Assembly (NCBI GenBank): GCA_040954595.2
Contig: CM082586.2
Location: 9,207,337-9,271,336, forward strand
Direction of reading: 5' to 3'
DNA length: 64,000 bases
DNA from: Balanoglossus misakiensis
Lineage: Eukaryota > Animalia > Hemichordata
Shown: piece by piece, positions 1-13,966 of the stretch
Position numbering within the stretch: position 1 is the first letter of the stretch
Layout: each line of letters opens with the position of its first letter
The notes under the pieces: model-generated
The model's input: only the letters and a program-made list of their open reading frames with translations
What the model was told of the DNA's origin: nothing
Database searches by the model: none
Made by a program: the position numbers and the translations under genes

Positions 1-836
1 TATTCTCTATTTAGGTATGTGGTGTTTAACAGTAAGATGATAAGATTTCTTGGGCGATGGCTAAAGTATCTTCGTCCTGTTCTTTCTTCCATTGACATTA
101 CAAATAACTTGCTGCAAGTTTATACATATGATATCCATAAGTCATGTGTCAAAATATTCTTTCCCACTTTACATGTGCACAAGTTTTCACTGTGTGAAAT
201 GTTCCGTATCCATCGAGTTACAACAGAATCCATTTTGATGGATTCTTACAATATACAATGGAATCCACAGAGAATCCTTCGATATCCTCTAGATGGTATC
301 CAGCATAAGAATATACAATGGATTCTCACAGTATCCACAAATCTTTGGTATTTGAGAATACATTTCAGAATCCTTTGTGGATACCGCTGGATACTGTTAC
401 CACAATGCATTGCGGTATTACTGTCTAACAGTAAGAGCGAGAAGCCATCATTCAAACCATTGGATTCTGTTGCCGTTATGCATTTTGGGTTTCAAAGGCG
501 AAGTTTAGCATAGCAACATGGAAGGGTCACCAACAAAATTTTAAAAATCTTAAAAGTTTGAAACATTGTATTTTTCACATAGCTGACTAATTACTCGGGC
601 TTCATGCTAATGGTTGCGATGTCTAAGCTAAAGTGGACGTTCAGCACTAATATGCAATTTGAACTGAGATTAAGCCATGATTTCTCTCTAAGTAGTAATT
701 GATTTAAACATTTAAATTCTCTGTGCTCTTGGTTCAGTCCTGGACTCTACCGCTTTGGTGTGTTACAACGCATATTGTTTAAATTTGTATGCTTGGTCGA
801 GAAATGCATAGCTTGGTTAAATTGAGAGGTTCGTAG

Positions 837-1318
837 GTGTATCTTGAAATAAGAGGCATACCAGAATTGCCAAATGAAAATACTGATACAGTAGCCCTGA
901 AAGTCATCCAACTCATAGAAAAAGACATAACCAGTTCAGATATTGACGTGTCACATCGAATCAAGAAACGTCAAGCACTCGGCAATGAACACATTGACCA
1001 CGGTACCAATACCCGGTTTCCTGCCGCAATTATGTGCGTTTCACCAGAAGAAAAATTCGTGACGCGGTCTACAAGCAACGCAAAAATATGTCTCGCTTCA
1101 AAACATCGGACATTGGCTACCAAGTAGAAAACAAGATATACATCAACGAAAATCTGACACCAGGACGAAGATCTTTATTCACAAAGGTAAATGCCAGAAG
1201 AAAAGAATATGGATGGAAATACTTGTGGACGCAATACGGAAAAATCCTGACAAAGAAAGTCGATGGGTCACCAACTGTCTACATTCCGAATGAGGAAAGT
1301 CTCGCCAAAATCTGCTAG
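837..1318 (+). pseudogene. LINE ORF1 C-terminal part, frameshifted
   Basis: LEIRGIPE..ENT..DIDVSHR continues in a second frame as RFTRRKIRD..IYINENLT..WKYLWT..GKIL, typical of LINE ORF1. Confidence 0.8.
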
Positions 1319-1385
1319 GCGTCCTTTAACTACTACATCATAGTGTACAAGCAAACTCATCATCGGCGAAACCACAGACCACTTC

Positions 1386-4300
1386 TTGCAAAGTAACTAT
1401 AATTGTAAGTCTTATACTTTGGACGAATTTAATGCAAACGATTCCCTTCTGACTCTGCAGTCATTTTCAACTCTTCATTTGAATATTAGATCGATCAGAC
1501 GTCACTTTGATGACTTGTCAGTTGTTCTGTCGCTATTGAAATGCAAATTTTCTGTCATTGCCCTCAGTGAAACATGGCTAGACCCAGGTGTTGATGCATC
1601 ATTATATAACCTCCCTTCATACAACTTTGTTCATAAATGTAGAGCTGTTTCCAGAGGAGGAGGTGTTGGTCTCTATTTACACGAGTCGTTATCATACTCT
1701 ATAATAGACTCAGTTGTTCTCCAACATTGCGAATGTCTTTTTGTTGAAATCCTACTTGAAAAAAGCAAGGTCATCATAGGTGTCATATATCGCAGACCAA
1801 ATACACCTACTCAGGAATTTTTAACCAGTTTATCAGATTGTCTTGATAATCTACGCATTACCAACAAAAAATGCGTTTTACTAGGGGATTTCAATATAAA
1901 TATAGATGGCGATAACACTGTCTTTAATGAATATATCGCTACACATTAATAGATCATTGTCATGTAAATTTTCGTGACCAGTTCATTGAAAGTGAGACAG
2001 TATACACATGATGACTGACAATGAGGGCAACAGTGTATTTTGATGACCGAGGTGCTGCTAGTCACAACTAAAACAGTCTTGTTTTCCCGAGGGCATAGCC
2101 CGAGGGAAACAGACTGTTTTGGTGTGACTGGCAGTCCCGAGGTCATTAAAAATACACTGTTGCCCGAATATGTCAGTCATCATGTGTTTTATAACACACC
2201 AAACCGATCGAACTGATGCCCTAGGCAACAGTTCGAAATGACTAATGTCACGTGACGTCGTATTGACGAATCACGATCGAGGGTTCGCTGCATGGTGTGT
2301 TATAATACAGACTGGTATAAGTGACCATTATCCCATCTTTGCCATCTTTAAGGATTTACGCCATGTATTCAATGTTGAAACAACTGATTTCAAGTGTGAT
2401 TTTTCTTCATTTGATCCAGTTTCTTATAAAAATGACTTTGCAAATATTTCTTGGCAGGATGTTTACGACTCTAATGATCCGAATGTTGCCTATAATACCT
2501 TTTACAAATTGTTTCATGATATGGCAACAGGACACGTGCCAGTCAAACGGTGTTCAAACCAGCGTAAGCGCTTACGGAAACCATGGATCACAAAAGGACT
2601 TCTGTTCTCAATTAAAAACAAGCATAAGATGTTCTCCAAAACAAAACGCCATTCTGCAAGCTCATCTATTCATCAAGAGTACAAACTTTATCGCAACCTG
2701 TTAACAAAGCTGATGCGACGAGCAAAAAAGAAGTATTTTTGTGATAAATTGCAACTGTCTGTAGCCTCTGGGAAGGACCACAAAAAATGGCAAGTCATCA
2801 ATGAAATCCTGAACAAAAATTCAAAGGTTAATGCTCCACAAAAAATAAAAGATGACAAAAACCCTGGGAATTTTGTTACTAAAAATATTGATATAGCTGA
2901 CGCTTTTAATTCTTTTTTTGTCAACATTGGACAAAATCTAGCATCACAAATACATTGTAGCACTAATTTCAATGATTACCTTGGTATTCGTCATTTTAAT
3001 TCGTTCTTTTTCCATCCTGTGCATTCTGGTGATATACTCAGAGAAATTAATTTATTAGACCATGGTAAAGCTGCTGGTTTTGATGAAATATATCCAAAAC
3101 TTGTAAAGGAAGCAGCTGATTATATTACAGAACCATTTGCTCATATTGTTAATATTTCCTTGCCACAGGGTATTTTTCCAGAGAAACTGAAAATGGCAAG
3201 AGTAACACCAATTTTTAAAAAGGGTTGTGTTCATGAAATAGGAAATTACAGACCTATCTCTGTCTTGCCAATCTTTAGTAAGCTGTATGAGTCTATTGTA
3301 AATAAGCAACTGTGTTCTTTTTTCGAAAAATTTGATATTCTCACTAACAGCCAATATGGATTTCGTAAGAAATATAGTACTAAGTTAGCTTTAGCAGATC
3401 TCACAACTGAAATATCAAAGCACATTGATAACGGTCTTGTTACCTTTGGTATCTTTATTGATTTTAAAAAGGCATTTGATACGATTAACCACACAATTTT
3501 GTTAGCTAAGCTATGCCACTATGGGATTAGGGGATCCACACTTAATTGGTTTAAGACTTATATAGAAGACCGACAACAGTATGTCAAGGTCAATAATTAT
3601 ACTTCAAAAGTGAAAAGGATCTCCTGTGGGATTCCACAGGGATCAATTCTAGGTCCACTTCTTTTTCTAGTATATATAAATGATATCTGCAGGTCCTCAG
3701 ACTATTTTCAATTCAGGTTATTTGAAGATGATACCAATTTATTTTGTTCAGATAAGCAGGACAAAATCGATCTTGCCACTCTGAATGTTTAGCTAACTAA
3801 AGTACAGACCTGGTGTAAGTCAAATAAACTTACTATTAATATTGACAAAACAAACTATGTTATTTTCAAAACAGCCCAGGCAAAATTTAATCCTGAGGGG
3901 GATTTATATGTCTCTGATTTACCAATACAAAATGTTTCATCTGCTGTTTATCTTGGAGTTACTCTTGACTCATCATTATCCTGGAAGTCTCACATCAACA
4001 TTATTTTTAAGAAGGTTAGCCAAAAAATCGGTATTATTTCATATGTACGCCATTATCTCCCTAAGTCTATAATTTTATTATTATACAATTGTCTTATCCT
4101 TCCCCATATAATGTATTGTAGCGAAATATGGGGAAATGCGTATAAAACCTATTTAGATTGTATTTTCAAATTGCAAAAGAGACTTGTAAGACTTATAACA
4201 TTTTCTAGCCCCAATACACATAGTGCACCACTTTTTCAGCAACTTGGAATTCTTAATGTTTACAAACTCTGTAAATTTCAAACTTGTGTTTTTGCGTATG

Positions 4301-4548
4301 ATCTAAAGGCAGGACATTACGCCCACTCACTAGATCGCTATGCTTCATTTGTATCACACAAATATTTTACAAGATTTGCCTCTACTGATAAGTTTACGCT
4401 TCCCAAAGTAAAACTTACTTCATCTCAAAATAATTTATACTATTCTATTGCCAAGCATTGGAATGAAATTCCTACACAAATAAAATCAATTCAATCAAGG
4501 AATTTATTTAAAAGCTCTCTGAAAATGTATCTGTTGAGCATAGATTAA
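1386..4548 (+). pseudogene. LINE ORF2 (APE endonuclease + reverse transcriptase), disrupted
   Basis: HLNIRS, LSETWL, GGGVG, GDFNIN, SDH (APE); NYRPIS, QYGFR, DFKKAFDT, GIPQGSILGP; catalytic FADD changed to FEDD; deletion near 1940, insertion ~2000-2304, stop at 3790-3792. Confidence 0.9.
2000..2305. mobile_element. Double-hairpin non-autonomous element inserted in the LINE APE domain
   Basis: Inverted arms 2004-2187 (centre CCCGAGGGCATAGCCCGAGGG) plus second pair TTATAACACACC/GGTGTGTTATAA; LINE frame TLIDH..ESET resumes as IQTGISDH after it. Confidence 0.7.
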
Positions 4549-5138
4549 TTTAACCTCTTTTATAAACCTGTTTACTTTGTCACCGCGTTGTTTGACTACC
4601 AACTATTGTTTTGTGATATGAATTGGCAATTATATTAATTGTTTCAATGATTTGTATGTATTTAGGGCCAGGGACACGACTAGTTCCACTAGAACTACTT
4701 CCCTGGTCCGCACCAGTTATGTAAAATGCATCTTTCTGGTGAAATAAACTATCTATCATCATCATCATCTGTGGCACAACGCATCAAGTCGCACCAGCTC
4801 AGGACAGCCGTTCAATTATCCAATGCTTGCCAGGAGTTATAACAAGGTAATATATGTAACATTTTTTCCTGCTAAAGTATGCTCTAGCCTCAATTGGTTG
4901 AATGCTTGTGTGGTAAAACAACCGTCTCATCAGAAAAACAAAACAACTTTGAGGAATTTTCTGTTCTCTAGAACTTATCAGATTTACTTTACCAATGTAA
5001 TACTGTGATCATAGAATTCTCGACCAGTTGTATCCGCCTGTCAAAAATGCATTGAAATGCATGAAGTGACTAGAGCCATGGAACATGAGACCTCCATCAG
5101 AACAAAAGTCAATTCCACATAAATGTAGTTCCAGGTGT

Positions 5139-5242
5139 AAAAGGCATGTCCAGTTGAAGGTGCTAAAAGGCATGTCCAGTTGGAGGTGCTAAAAGGCATG
5201 ACCAGTTGGAGGTGCTAAAAGGCATGACCAGTTGGAGGTGCT
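5139..5242. repeat. 26-bp tandem minisatellite x4
   Basis: AAAAGGCATG(T/A)CCAGTTG(G/A)AGGTGCT head-to-tail with no spacers. Confidence 0.9.
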
Positions 5243-6446
5243 AAAGCATTGCATAATAACAAAAGGTAATCATTATGTATGTTTATTTGTTTCCCCACGG
5301 GAATGAGTCATCTGGAAGGAGTACAAACTCAAGCACAGAAGTTCATCCAAAGTCAGGAATTTATTATTGAAGCATTCAACTGTGAAAGTTCAAAAGCAGA
5401 CAGGCGTTTGCCATCACCACAATTACAACTCAGAAACAATGGCCCCGGCCCGGAATACATTATGAATCAAGGAACCTAGTGTAACACAAACATAATTGCA
5501 AACACAAACATATACATTTCTTAATAAAAAAGATAAAACATGAATTAAAATTACTACATCCCAAATAGGTCCCATTGTACTCCTAATCGAAATAAAACAG
5601 TAAATGGAATAAAAGTTCTGAATTTACACATTCCGTGTCCAATGCAAAAGAGCATGACTAGAGCACGCTTGAACAAAATTCCGATCGTATATCTCAATTA
5701 TTATAGTGGCTTTCTTTCTAAAACTAAAGGCAGCAAATATCGGTGATATTTAATGCCATTTTCTAGCTGCAAGGTCACATGGGAAATTTTGAGGAAATGG
5801 GCGTAACCCCACGATTATTACTCTCATGCAGAATCCATCAAAATCAAGCAAAGATTTCTCTGGGAACTGTTACAGAGAATCCACTGAAATACTGTAAAGG
5901 ATTCTATTGTGGATTCTGAAAGTGTTCCGTATTTGACAGAATCCACTATTGGATTATATGTGGATTCTCTGAGTATCCACGATGGATATCTCAGGATTCT
6001 ACTGGATTCTGTAAGAATCCACGAAAGAATCCACAACAATCCTTGGTGGATTCAGGCTATTTCACACAGTGTTTGATGGTGTATTTAATATTAAGGCCCA
6101 TTGAGGTGAATTTTGCACAGCAGTCTCCAGTCCAAAATACATAAATACATAAATGAACCTCTTATAACAGTTGTCGTCATTTCCAGAACAGTGTTGCTTT
6201 TGATGTGAAATGTCAGTTGTTACAATTAAAAGTTCTCATTGAACATTGTGTTGGAATAAGTTGAGATAGGAATTAGCTTAACATAACACTGCTCTTAGTC
6301 AAAAATCGTCACCTTCCTAGCATGCAACATTGTGTCGCCTACCTTGTCAAGTGATTTGAAGGTAAGACCACAATCAGATAAAAATGCAGAAATTTGATAA
6401 AATAAAATGACCACAAGTTTGACAACTTTCATTTCACTATCACGTT

Positions 6447-9400
6447 TTTAGGTCCCATTGGTATGTACCATGGGACCTTATGGGATTGATTGCGTCTGTA
6501 TGTATGGATGGATGTATGGATGGATGTATGGATGGATGTATGTCTGTATGTCCGTCCACATCAACAACTTGAAAACCACAGCGCGTATGACCTTGATATT
6601 TGGTGTGTAGATGCAGGCAGGGCTGTAGATGGGAGTTTGTTCAAATGAAGTTGTCATTGCCAAAAATATGCAAATTAGCTGGGAAAATGTGACAAAACTC
6701 GGTAACTCAACAACCACTGGTCATATTGATTTGAAAATTGGTATGCATGTACCTTATATCAACCTCATACAGTCCTGTATGTTTGAGCTAATATTATCGA
6801 TTTCCTATTTTTTATGCATTTTTTTTTATTTTTCCATGTTATTCAATAAAAAGTCTTCATTTCTCAAAGTGATGGGCTTACTTCTTTGAAATTTAGTATG
6901 AAGCTTCCTAAAATATTGATATAGCTGACGCTTTTAATTCTTTTTTTGTCAACATTGGACAAAATCTAGCATCACAAATACATTGTAGCACTAATTTCAA
7001 TGATTACCTTGGTATTCGTCATTTTAATTCTTTCTTTTTCCATCCTGTGCATTCTGGTGATATACTCAGAGAAATTAATTTATTAGACCATTGTAAAGCT
7101 GCTGGTTTTGATGAAATATATCCAAAACCTGTAAAGGAAGCAGCTGATTATATTACAGAACCATTTGCTCATATTGTTAATATTTCCTTGTCACAGGGTA
7201 TTTTTCCAGAGAAACTGAAAATGGCAAGAGTAAACACCAATTTTTAAAAAGGGCTGTGTTCATGAAATAGGAAACTACAGACCTATCTCTGTCTTGCCAA
7301 TATTTAGTAAGCTGTATGAGTCTATTGTAAATAAGCAACTGTGTTCTTTTTTCGAAAAATTTGATATTCTCACTAACAGCCAATATGGATTTCGTAAGAA
7401 ATATAGTACTAAGTTAGCTTTAGCAGATCTCACAACTGAAATATCAAAGCACATTGATAACGGTCTTGTTACCATTGGTATCTTTATTGATTTTAAAAAG
7501 GCATTTGATACGATTAACCACACAATTTTGTTAGCTAAGCTATGCCACTATGGGATTAGGGGATCCACACTTAATTGGTTTAAGACTTATATAGAAGACC
7601 GACAGCAGTATGTCAAGGTCAATAATTGCACTTCAAAAGCGAAAAGGATCTCCTGTGGGATTCCACAGGGATCAATTCTAGGTCCACTTCTTTTTTTAGT
7701 ATATATAAATGATATCTGCAGTTCCTCAGACTATTTTCAATTCAGGTTATTTGCTGACGATACCAATTTATTTTGTTCAGATAAGCAGGACAAAATTGAT
7801 CTTGCCACTCTGAATGTTGAGCTAACTAAAGTACAGACCTGGTGTAAGTCAAATAAACTTACTATTAATATTGACAAAACAAACTATGTTATTTTCAAAA
7901 CAGCCCAGGCGAAGTTTAAGCCTGAGGGAGATTTATATGTCTCTGATTTACCATTACATAAAGTTTCTTCTGCTATTTATCTTGGAGTTACTCTTGACTC
8001 ATCATTATCCTGGAAGTCTCACATCAACATTATCTTTAAGAAGGTTAGCCAAAAAATCGGTATTATTTCATATGTACGCCATTATCTCTCTAAGTCTATA
8101 ATTTTATTATTATACAATTGTCTTATCCTTCCCCATATAATGTATTGTATCGAAATATAGGGAAATGCGTATAAAACCTATTTAGATTGTATTTTCAAAT
8201 TGCAAAAGAGACTTGTAAGACTTATAACATTTTCTAGCCCCAATACAAATAGCGCACCACTTTTTCAGCAACTTGGAATTCTTAATGTTTACAAACTCTG
8301 TAAATTTCAAACTTGTGTTTTTGCGTATGATCTAAAGGCAGGGCATTACGCCCACTCACTAGATCGCTATGCTTCATTTGTATCACACAAATATTTTACA
8401 AGATTTGCCTCTACTGATAAGTTTACGCTTCCCAAAGTAAAACTTACTTCATCTCAAAATAATTTATACTATTCTATTGCCAAGCATTGGAATGAAATTC
8501 CTACACAAATAAAATCAATTCAATCAAGGAACTTATTTAAAAGCTCTCTGAAAATGTATCTGTTGAGCATATATTAATTTAACCTCTTTTATAAACCTGT
8601 TTACTTTGTCACCGCGTTGTTTGACTACCAACTATTGTTTTGTGATATGAATTGGCAATTATATTAATTGTTTCAATGATTTGTATGTATTTAGGGCCAG
8701 GGACACGACTAGTTCCACTAGAACTACTTCCCTGGTCCGCACCAGTTATGTAAAATGCATCTTTCTGGTGAAATAAAACTATCTATCTATCTATCTATCT
8801 AATGGTTGTCTGAGTAACCATAGTTTTGTTCAAATTGTTGCAAAATTTGCATATTTATTATTTTGAGCAATATTTGCCATATTTGGTCAATTTTTTTCCC
8901 CTTAAAACCGCATGCCAGATGGCTTTGCAATTTGGTAGGCATGTTCGTAGGGGTAACCTAAGTAATATGCTGTAAAAAAAATTGATATCTGCATAAATGT
9001 GTTATCGGGGAAACTTTTGCAATTTTTGTCAATTTTTTTTTGTCTGAAACTGCTTGTCATATTGCATTGAACTTTTGCAGCATGTTCCTTGTAGTGATTG
9101 AAGTAAGATTTGCAAAATTTTGGTGATATTTGCATATTTGTGTTTTTGCCACTTTTGAACAAATATTTTCTGTGAAACTGCTTGTTGGATTGCTTTGAAA
9201 TTTGTTTTTTCTCTGATTGCTTTGAAATTTAGGATATAATTTCATAACACATGTATCTGTTCCAGGGCTGACTGAAAGAAGTTTCTTCTCATTTGTGTTT
9301 GTACAGACAATTTTTGGTCAATTGTTTTTCTAGCATCAGTTGTAAGACTGCCATGACACATGACAGTTTATTGGGCATGTTCCTTATTAATTTTTTTACA

Positions 9401-9520
9401 TTCCATATTTCTATATGGTGAGATCATATCTGATAGCAATGTCACCTGTAATTTTTATCTGGTGTGTCACTGTTTCCGCATAATCCTCAAATGGGACCAC
9501 AGTGTCCTTGACGCTATTTT
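6447..9520 (+). mobile_element. Helentron-associated non-autonomous element (HINE/DINE-1-like), interrupted by a LINE
   Basis: 5' hairpin GGTCCCATT..ATGGGACC after a T-run, (GTAT/GGAT)n microsatellite ~6497-6555, 3' subTIR AATGGGACC (9490-9498), stem-loop AGTGTC-CTT-GACGCT, then T-run. Confidence 0.7.
6908..8801 (+). mobile_element. Second, 5'-truncated copy of the same L2/CR1-group LINE
   Basis: Nearly identical to ~2880-4760; FADD intact, frameshift near 7233, stop at 8158-8160, (CTAT)n tail. Confidence 0.92.
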
Positions 9521-11998
9521 TTTTCAGTTTGATGCTTGAAATGAGGTAAAATCTGTTGTTGAGATTAGCATTCCAATGGCGCTTGGGTGAAGACGTTTGC
9601 TGGTGAAGCTGCGCCACCTAAGTCTAATTTGCAAGTCTTTCTACCCGCTTTCTCAGCCGTTACCCCTTCTAGTAGTTTCATAATTTTATTGGTATTTTAG
9701 AAATGTTTTCCTGTTTTTTTGTTTACTTTTTTATTTATTTTTTTACTTTTTGTTGATTGTAATGCTGTATGGCGTACCAGTCATTTCAGTACTATTTTAT
9801 TACCATTACGAATAGTCAGAATACAGGGATGATGCCGTTATGGCGTTAGCCATTCACAATATATGTGACAGCTGGGTTGACATAGCTATATAAAGTGCTG
9901 TAGACACAGTGACGTGACAGAGCCTGAAATGTATGCCTGTCCTATCACTGCATGTATAGGATCGTGGACATGGGTTTGAATACAGAACTGTAATATAGTC
10001 TGAATGATTTTTTTCTCTCCAATATACACACAATTCTGCCTGTAGAGGCTACATTGGCCCAATTTTCTAAAATATATCTCTTGAAATACAATATCTACTC
10101 AACATGTCATGATTTACTGTATACTTGTTCGAGCGGTATCCTTATGACAGTCACACCTAGGCGACTCCACTGAAGTCTCTGGATAATAAGCGGACACGCG
10201 AACATGCATTAAATACACGTAAACTCCTCGACTGTGATTTACACGAAAAGCCGAAACGGCGGAGGGAATCACCATCAATCACCCAACACTCACGCAGGGC
10301 AGCGATCTGCAGTAGAAAAAATAATGCCAATTGGCATGGCAAAGTAACACTTAAAATTTACATGTCCATACATTTATGAGACGCATGTGCTGAATGGTAC
10401 TGTGTCCCGGAAGCTTGAATTGCCTGATTAATAATTAAAACATGCAAATATACCACAGCCTCTTATGGCAATTCAGAAACTATCGCTCTAAAAGGACCAT
10501 GGTTGCTACAATATTTGCCAAAAAGCTGTATAAACTGTAGCTCATGATAATTCCTGACTTTAACGCGATCTGGTAGAAAAGTGTTTGCTTGTTTGTTACT
10601 TGATTGTGGTGGAGTGTTATTTATTTGCTAGCGACTAAACAAACATTCTGAGCTATAAATTAAGTGTGTTGAGTGGTTTCTGTCAAAGTCTATACCCGTA
10701 AAGCCAATATAACAAACAGTATTTAATCTTTTAGACTCATAGTAAATTGCTTCTGATATGTACCTGTACATATCAAGCTGAACAGACAGCATGTCAATAA
10801 ACTTCAAACTAAACCATCAGAATATCAAAAACAACAATACCTAGGGAATAGTCACAGAAACCTAATTAATGGAAGGTCAAACTTATGACTTTTATAGTGG
10901 TCTTGTGTGGACAGGGATGTCATTTACACTTCTTTACTTAGTACATGAGTGAGTGTGAACACGCTGATATTAATAACAATTCAATCGATGTTGGCTAATA
11001 GGAACAATAGTAAACGTTTAAGTTTTAATACAATAAGTATGAATTAACTTGAGCGGTGCTGATAACAATTACACACTGGAGGCTGGTACACATGGAGTCT
11101 CACTGACTCCAACATGTAATCAGATACAGGTGAAGGCCATTCTCTATAAGAGCAATAAAATATCTGACAGTTTTATGACAGCTGGTCAATATTTGCCTTA
11201 AAATGTTTGCCAACGTGGTTCTTATATACTCCCTTTCTTATCAGTACGTGTGTGGTGGGTCATGTGTCAATTGCCCTTGCATAAAATCTCAAGAGATGCC
11301 ACTTTTGCATTATTTTCATGATTTTTTTTTACAACTTAGATTGGTCTATCTTAATATGTCATAATGTCATACAACAACAGCAAGGGACTCTTTTTGGAAC
11401 TGTCTTTTCGACAAAATGAGCATTACTGTTTCTACAACAATTTACAACTCAAATGATCTTGCCTTCATTGCTAATATTTTAGGAGATAGAATTTACATGG
11501 TTGACTACCAGGAGTCTGGTGAACAAGCAACTCTTCAAGAAAATGTGCTGGACCTTGTACAAATATGCCTTGCGAACTGAATTTAGTACCGTGAAATGCT
11601 TCTTGTCGGAAGCCATCCTATATAATTTAGTATAGTAGTACCTCTGTAATTTAATGTGTTGATGTAACTCTTCTCATTTCGAGGAGGAATAAAGGAACAA
11701 CAACAACAACAAAAACAACTCCAAACAGCATGCTAATATACCCTTACTTCACTTGTCAACATTGCCTGTGGGTGTGTAATGCTATCACAGATTTTACTAC
11801 TTTTACAAGCAAATATGCAACTTGTCTTCAAAATATGTGTTTATTGAATATATTTATTTATTTATTTAGAGTCAAATGTTTTTGGTGACATTTGAATATT
11901 TAGTGGAAGGTATTTTATACATAAATTGTGGGTTCCAACATATTGTTGGGAGTAGCACAAGAAACTTCAGTGGCCACATAGAATTAATTTTCAACCTT

Positions 11999-13966
11999 CA
12001 GTAAAACCTGTCAAAACCAAACCCTGTCTAATCTTGAAACCTGTCTATACTGAACACCGTTTCAGTCCCTTCGACATAGAATCACATATTAAAAGAACCT
12101 TTACAATTTCTTCAGTGCCTTCAAGTGAACCGACACCTTCCTTGTAGAGAGATTCTAATAAAATCTTTGTGAAAAACATGAGTGATTTGCGTCGTTTTTA
12201 TTCACTTTCACTTATCGCGCAGCAGCGTAGCGTCGATCTCGATATGCAGTGTGACGTCACCAACTACGCACCAGTAGCAGACGCCACCGTGCGCACGCTA
12301 ACGTACACAGACAGTTGACATGGCTGGCTGCCTCGCAAGTGGGAGCAAAAACAGAGTTGGCGAAAACACGGCGAAAGGTTTTATAAGAGTTCCCGACCCT
12401 TCGGTGGACAGTCAAAATGCAAATCGACCTGAAAAATGGGTGTCAAACATTGGCATATTATTTCGGTGCTTATTGCTGAGACAGATGATACTTTTGCTTC
12501 GGAAATGTTCGTGTTCAACTAGGCCCTATATCGTGAAGCATATTGCAAAAAAAAAAAAAAACTACACAGCAAAAATTGTCGAAACAGCCGGGGCTCCTGA
12601 TTTCCTTTGATCACCATATGACGAAACCGAATTTTTGGCACTGTAAATCAAAACTCTGATCGGAAGAAAGTAGTGTGGCGGAAATAGGCCTACTAGTGAA
12701 CACTGTTTTTGTCGCGTACCCAAGCTGTGAATGCATCGCAAAACCATTTCCAAAGACAAAAACGACCACCTCTACCATCTGGAAGCACCACAGATGTACT
12801 CGAAACATGACAATCGGAGTTTCTGCCTCCCTTTGATCAACAAAGCCGCATCTTTTCACAGCTGTTGATCAACGTAAAGGATGGTAGACACGTGTGGTAG
12901 ACATTTTCGCGAGAGTGACAATAGGCTTACTTTCTATTCTTTTGGGAAATCACGAGGGTCCCTATTATGACATGGGTGACTAAATGTCAAAAATTATCGC
13001 ATGGCTTCGTGATATGTCATTCAAGTCTTTATCTAACTGCCTTGTCAAGACATCTATTTCATGGCAGCACCGGCATTCCTTGACAGTAGAAATAACTTCG
13101 CATTTACCGCAGCGCAGCTACACCATGAGCATGAGCGTGATGAAAGACGAAGCCGATCACTCTTCTCGATCGTCTTTGCTGTCTACACTTGCCTCTGTAC
13201 TATTGGAATCAGTTTCACTTGAGTCGCCTACCATCTCATCGCTGCTGTATTCGGGTTCGTACAAAAATCCGACGATATCTTCGTTTGAAAACTCCATATC
13301 GCGTCTTTGGAAATGGTTTTGCGATGCATTCACAGCTTGGGTACGCGACAAAAACAGTGTTCACTAGTAGGCCTATTTCCGCCACACTACTTTCTTCCGA
13401 TCAGAGTTTTGATTTACAGTGCCAAAAATTCGGTTTCGTCATATGGTGATCAAAGGAAATCAGGAGCCCCGGCTGTTTCGACAATTTTTGCTGTGTAGTT
13501 TTTTTTTTTTTTTGCAATATGCTTCACGATATAGGGCCTAGTTGAACACGAACATTTCCGAAGCAAAAGTATCATCTGTCTCAGCAATAAGCACCGAAAT
13601 AATATGCCAATGTTTGACACCCATTTTTCAGGTCGATTTGCATTTTGACTGTCCACCGAAGGGTCGGGAACTCTTATAAAACCTTTCGCCGTGTTTTCGC
13701 CAACTCTGTTTTTGCTCCCACTTGCGAGGCAGCCAGCCATGTCAACTGTCTGTGTACGTTAGCGTGCGCACGGTGGCGTCTGCTACTGGTGCGTAGTTGG
13801 TGACGTCACACTGCATATCGAGATCGACGCTACGCTGCTGCGCGATAAGTGAAAGTGAATAAAAACGACGCAAATCACTCATGTTTTTCACAAAGATTTT
13901 ATTAGAATCTCTCTACAAGGAAGGTGTCGGTTCACTTTCAGTGTTCTGTTCAGACAGGTTTTACTG
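11999..13966. mobile_element. Tc1/mariner-type MITE (host of the long-TIR element)
   Basis: TIR CAGTAAAACCTGTC / GACAGGTTTTACTG followed by TA; related to the uninterrupted copy at 32645-32814. Confidence 0.7.
12124..13936. mobile_element. Kolobok-like non-autonomous transposon with ~630-bp TIRs
   Basis: Arms 12124-~12756 and ~13304-13936 are reverse complements; AG..CT termini; 4-bp TSD TTCA (12120-12123, 13937-13940); THAP-like and Cys-rich coding remnants. Confidence 0.75.

Larger units (their letters stand above)
836..4769 (+). mobile_element. L2/CR1-group non-LTR retrotransposon (5'-truncated in ORF1, degenerate)
   Basis: ORF1 remnant, APE endonuclease, RT, C-terminal domain, 3' UTR ending AATAAA plus (CTAT/CAT)n tail. 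Confidence 0.9.
188..6071. mobile_element. Non-autonomous CACTA/EnSpm (CMC)-like DNA transposon, interrupted by a LINE
   Basis: 13-bp TIR CACTGTGTGAAAT (188-200) / ATTTCACACAGTG (6059-6071), TTT on both flanks, dense GAATCC/GGATTC subterminal repeats at ~205-470 and ~5830-6055. Confidence 0.65.

Noticed and set aside
19-513. 164-aa ORF
   Set aside because: Low-complexity translation of the transposon's GAATCC/GGATTC subterminal repeats; no domain.
5139-5242. CRISPR-like 26-bp repeats
   Set aside because: No spacers, no cas genes, eukaryotic context; it is a minisatellite.
9530-11990. First exon/promoter of the Roco gene
   Set aside because: No convincing ATG-exon-donor with ankyrin-compatible phase could be identified by eye.
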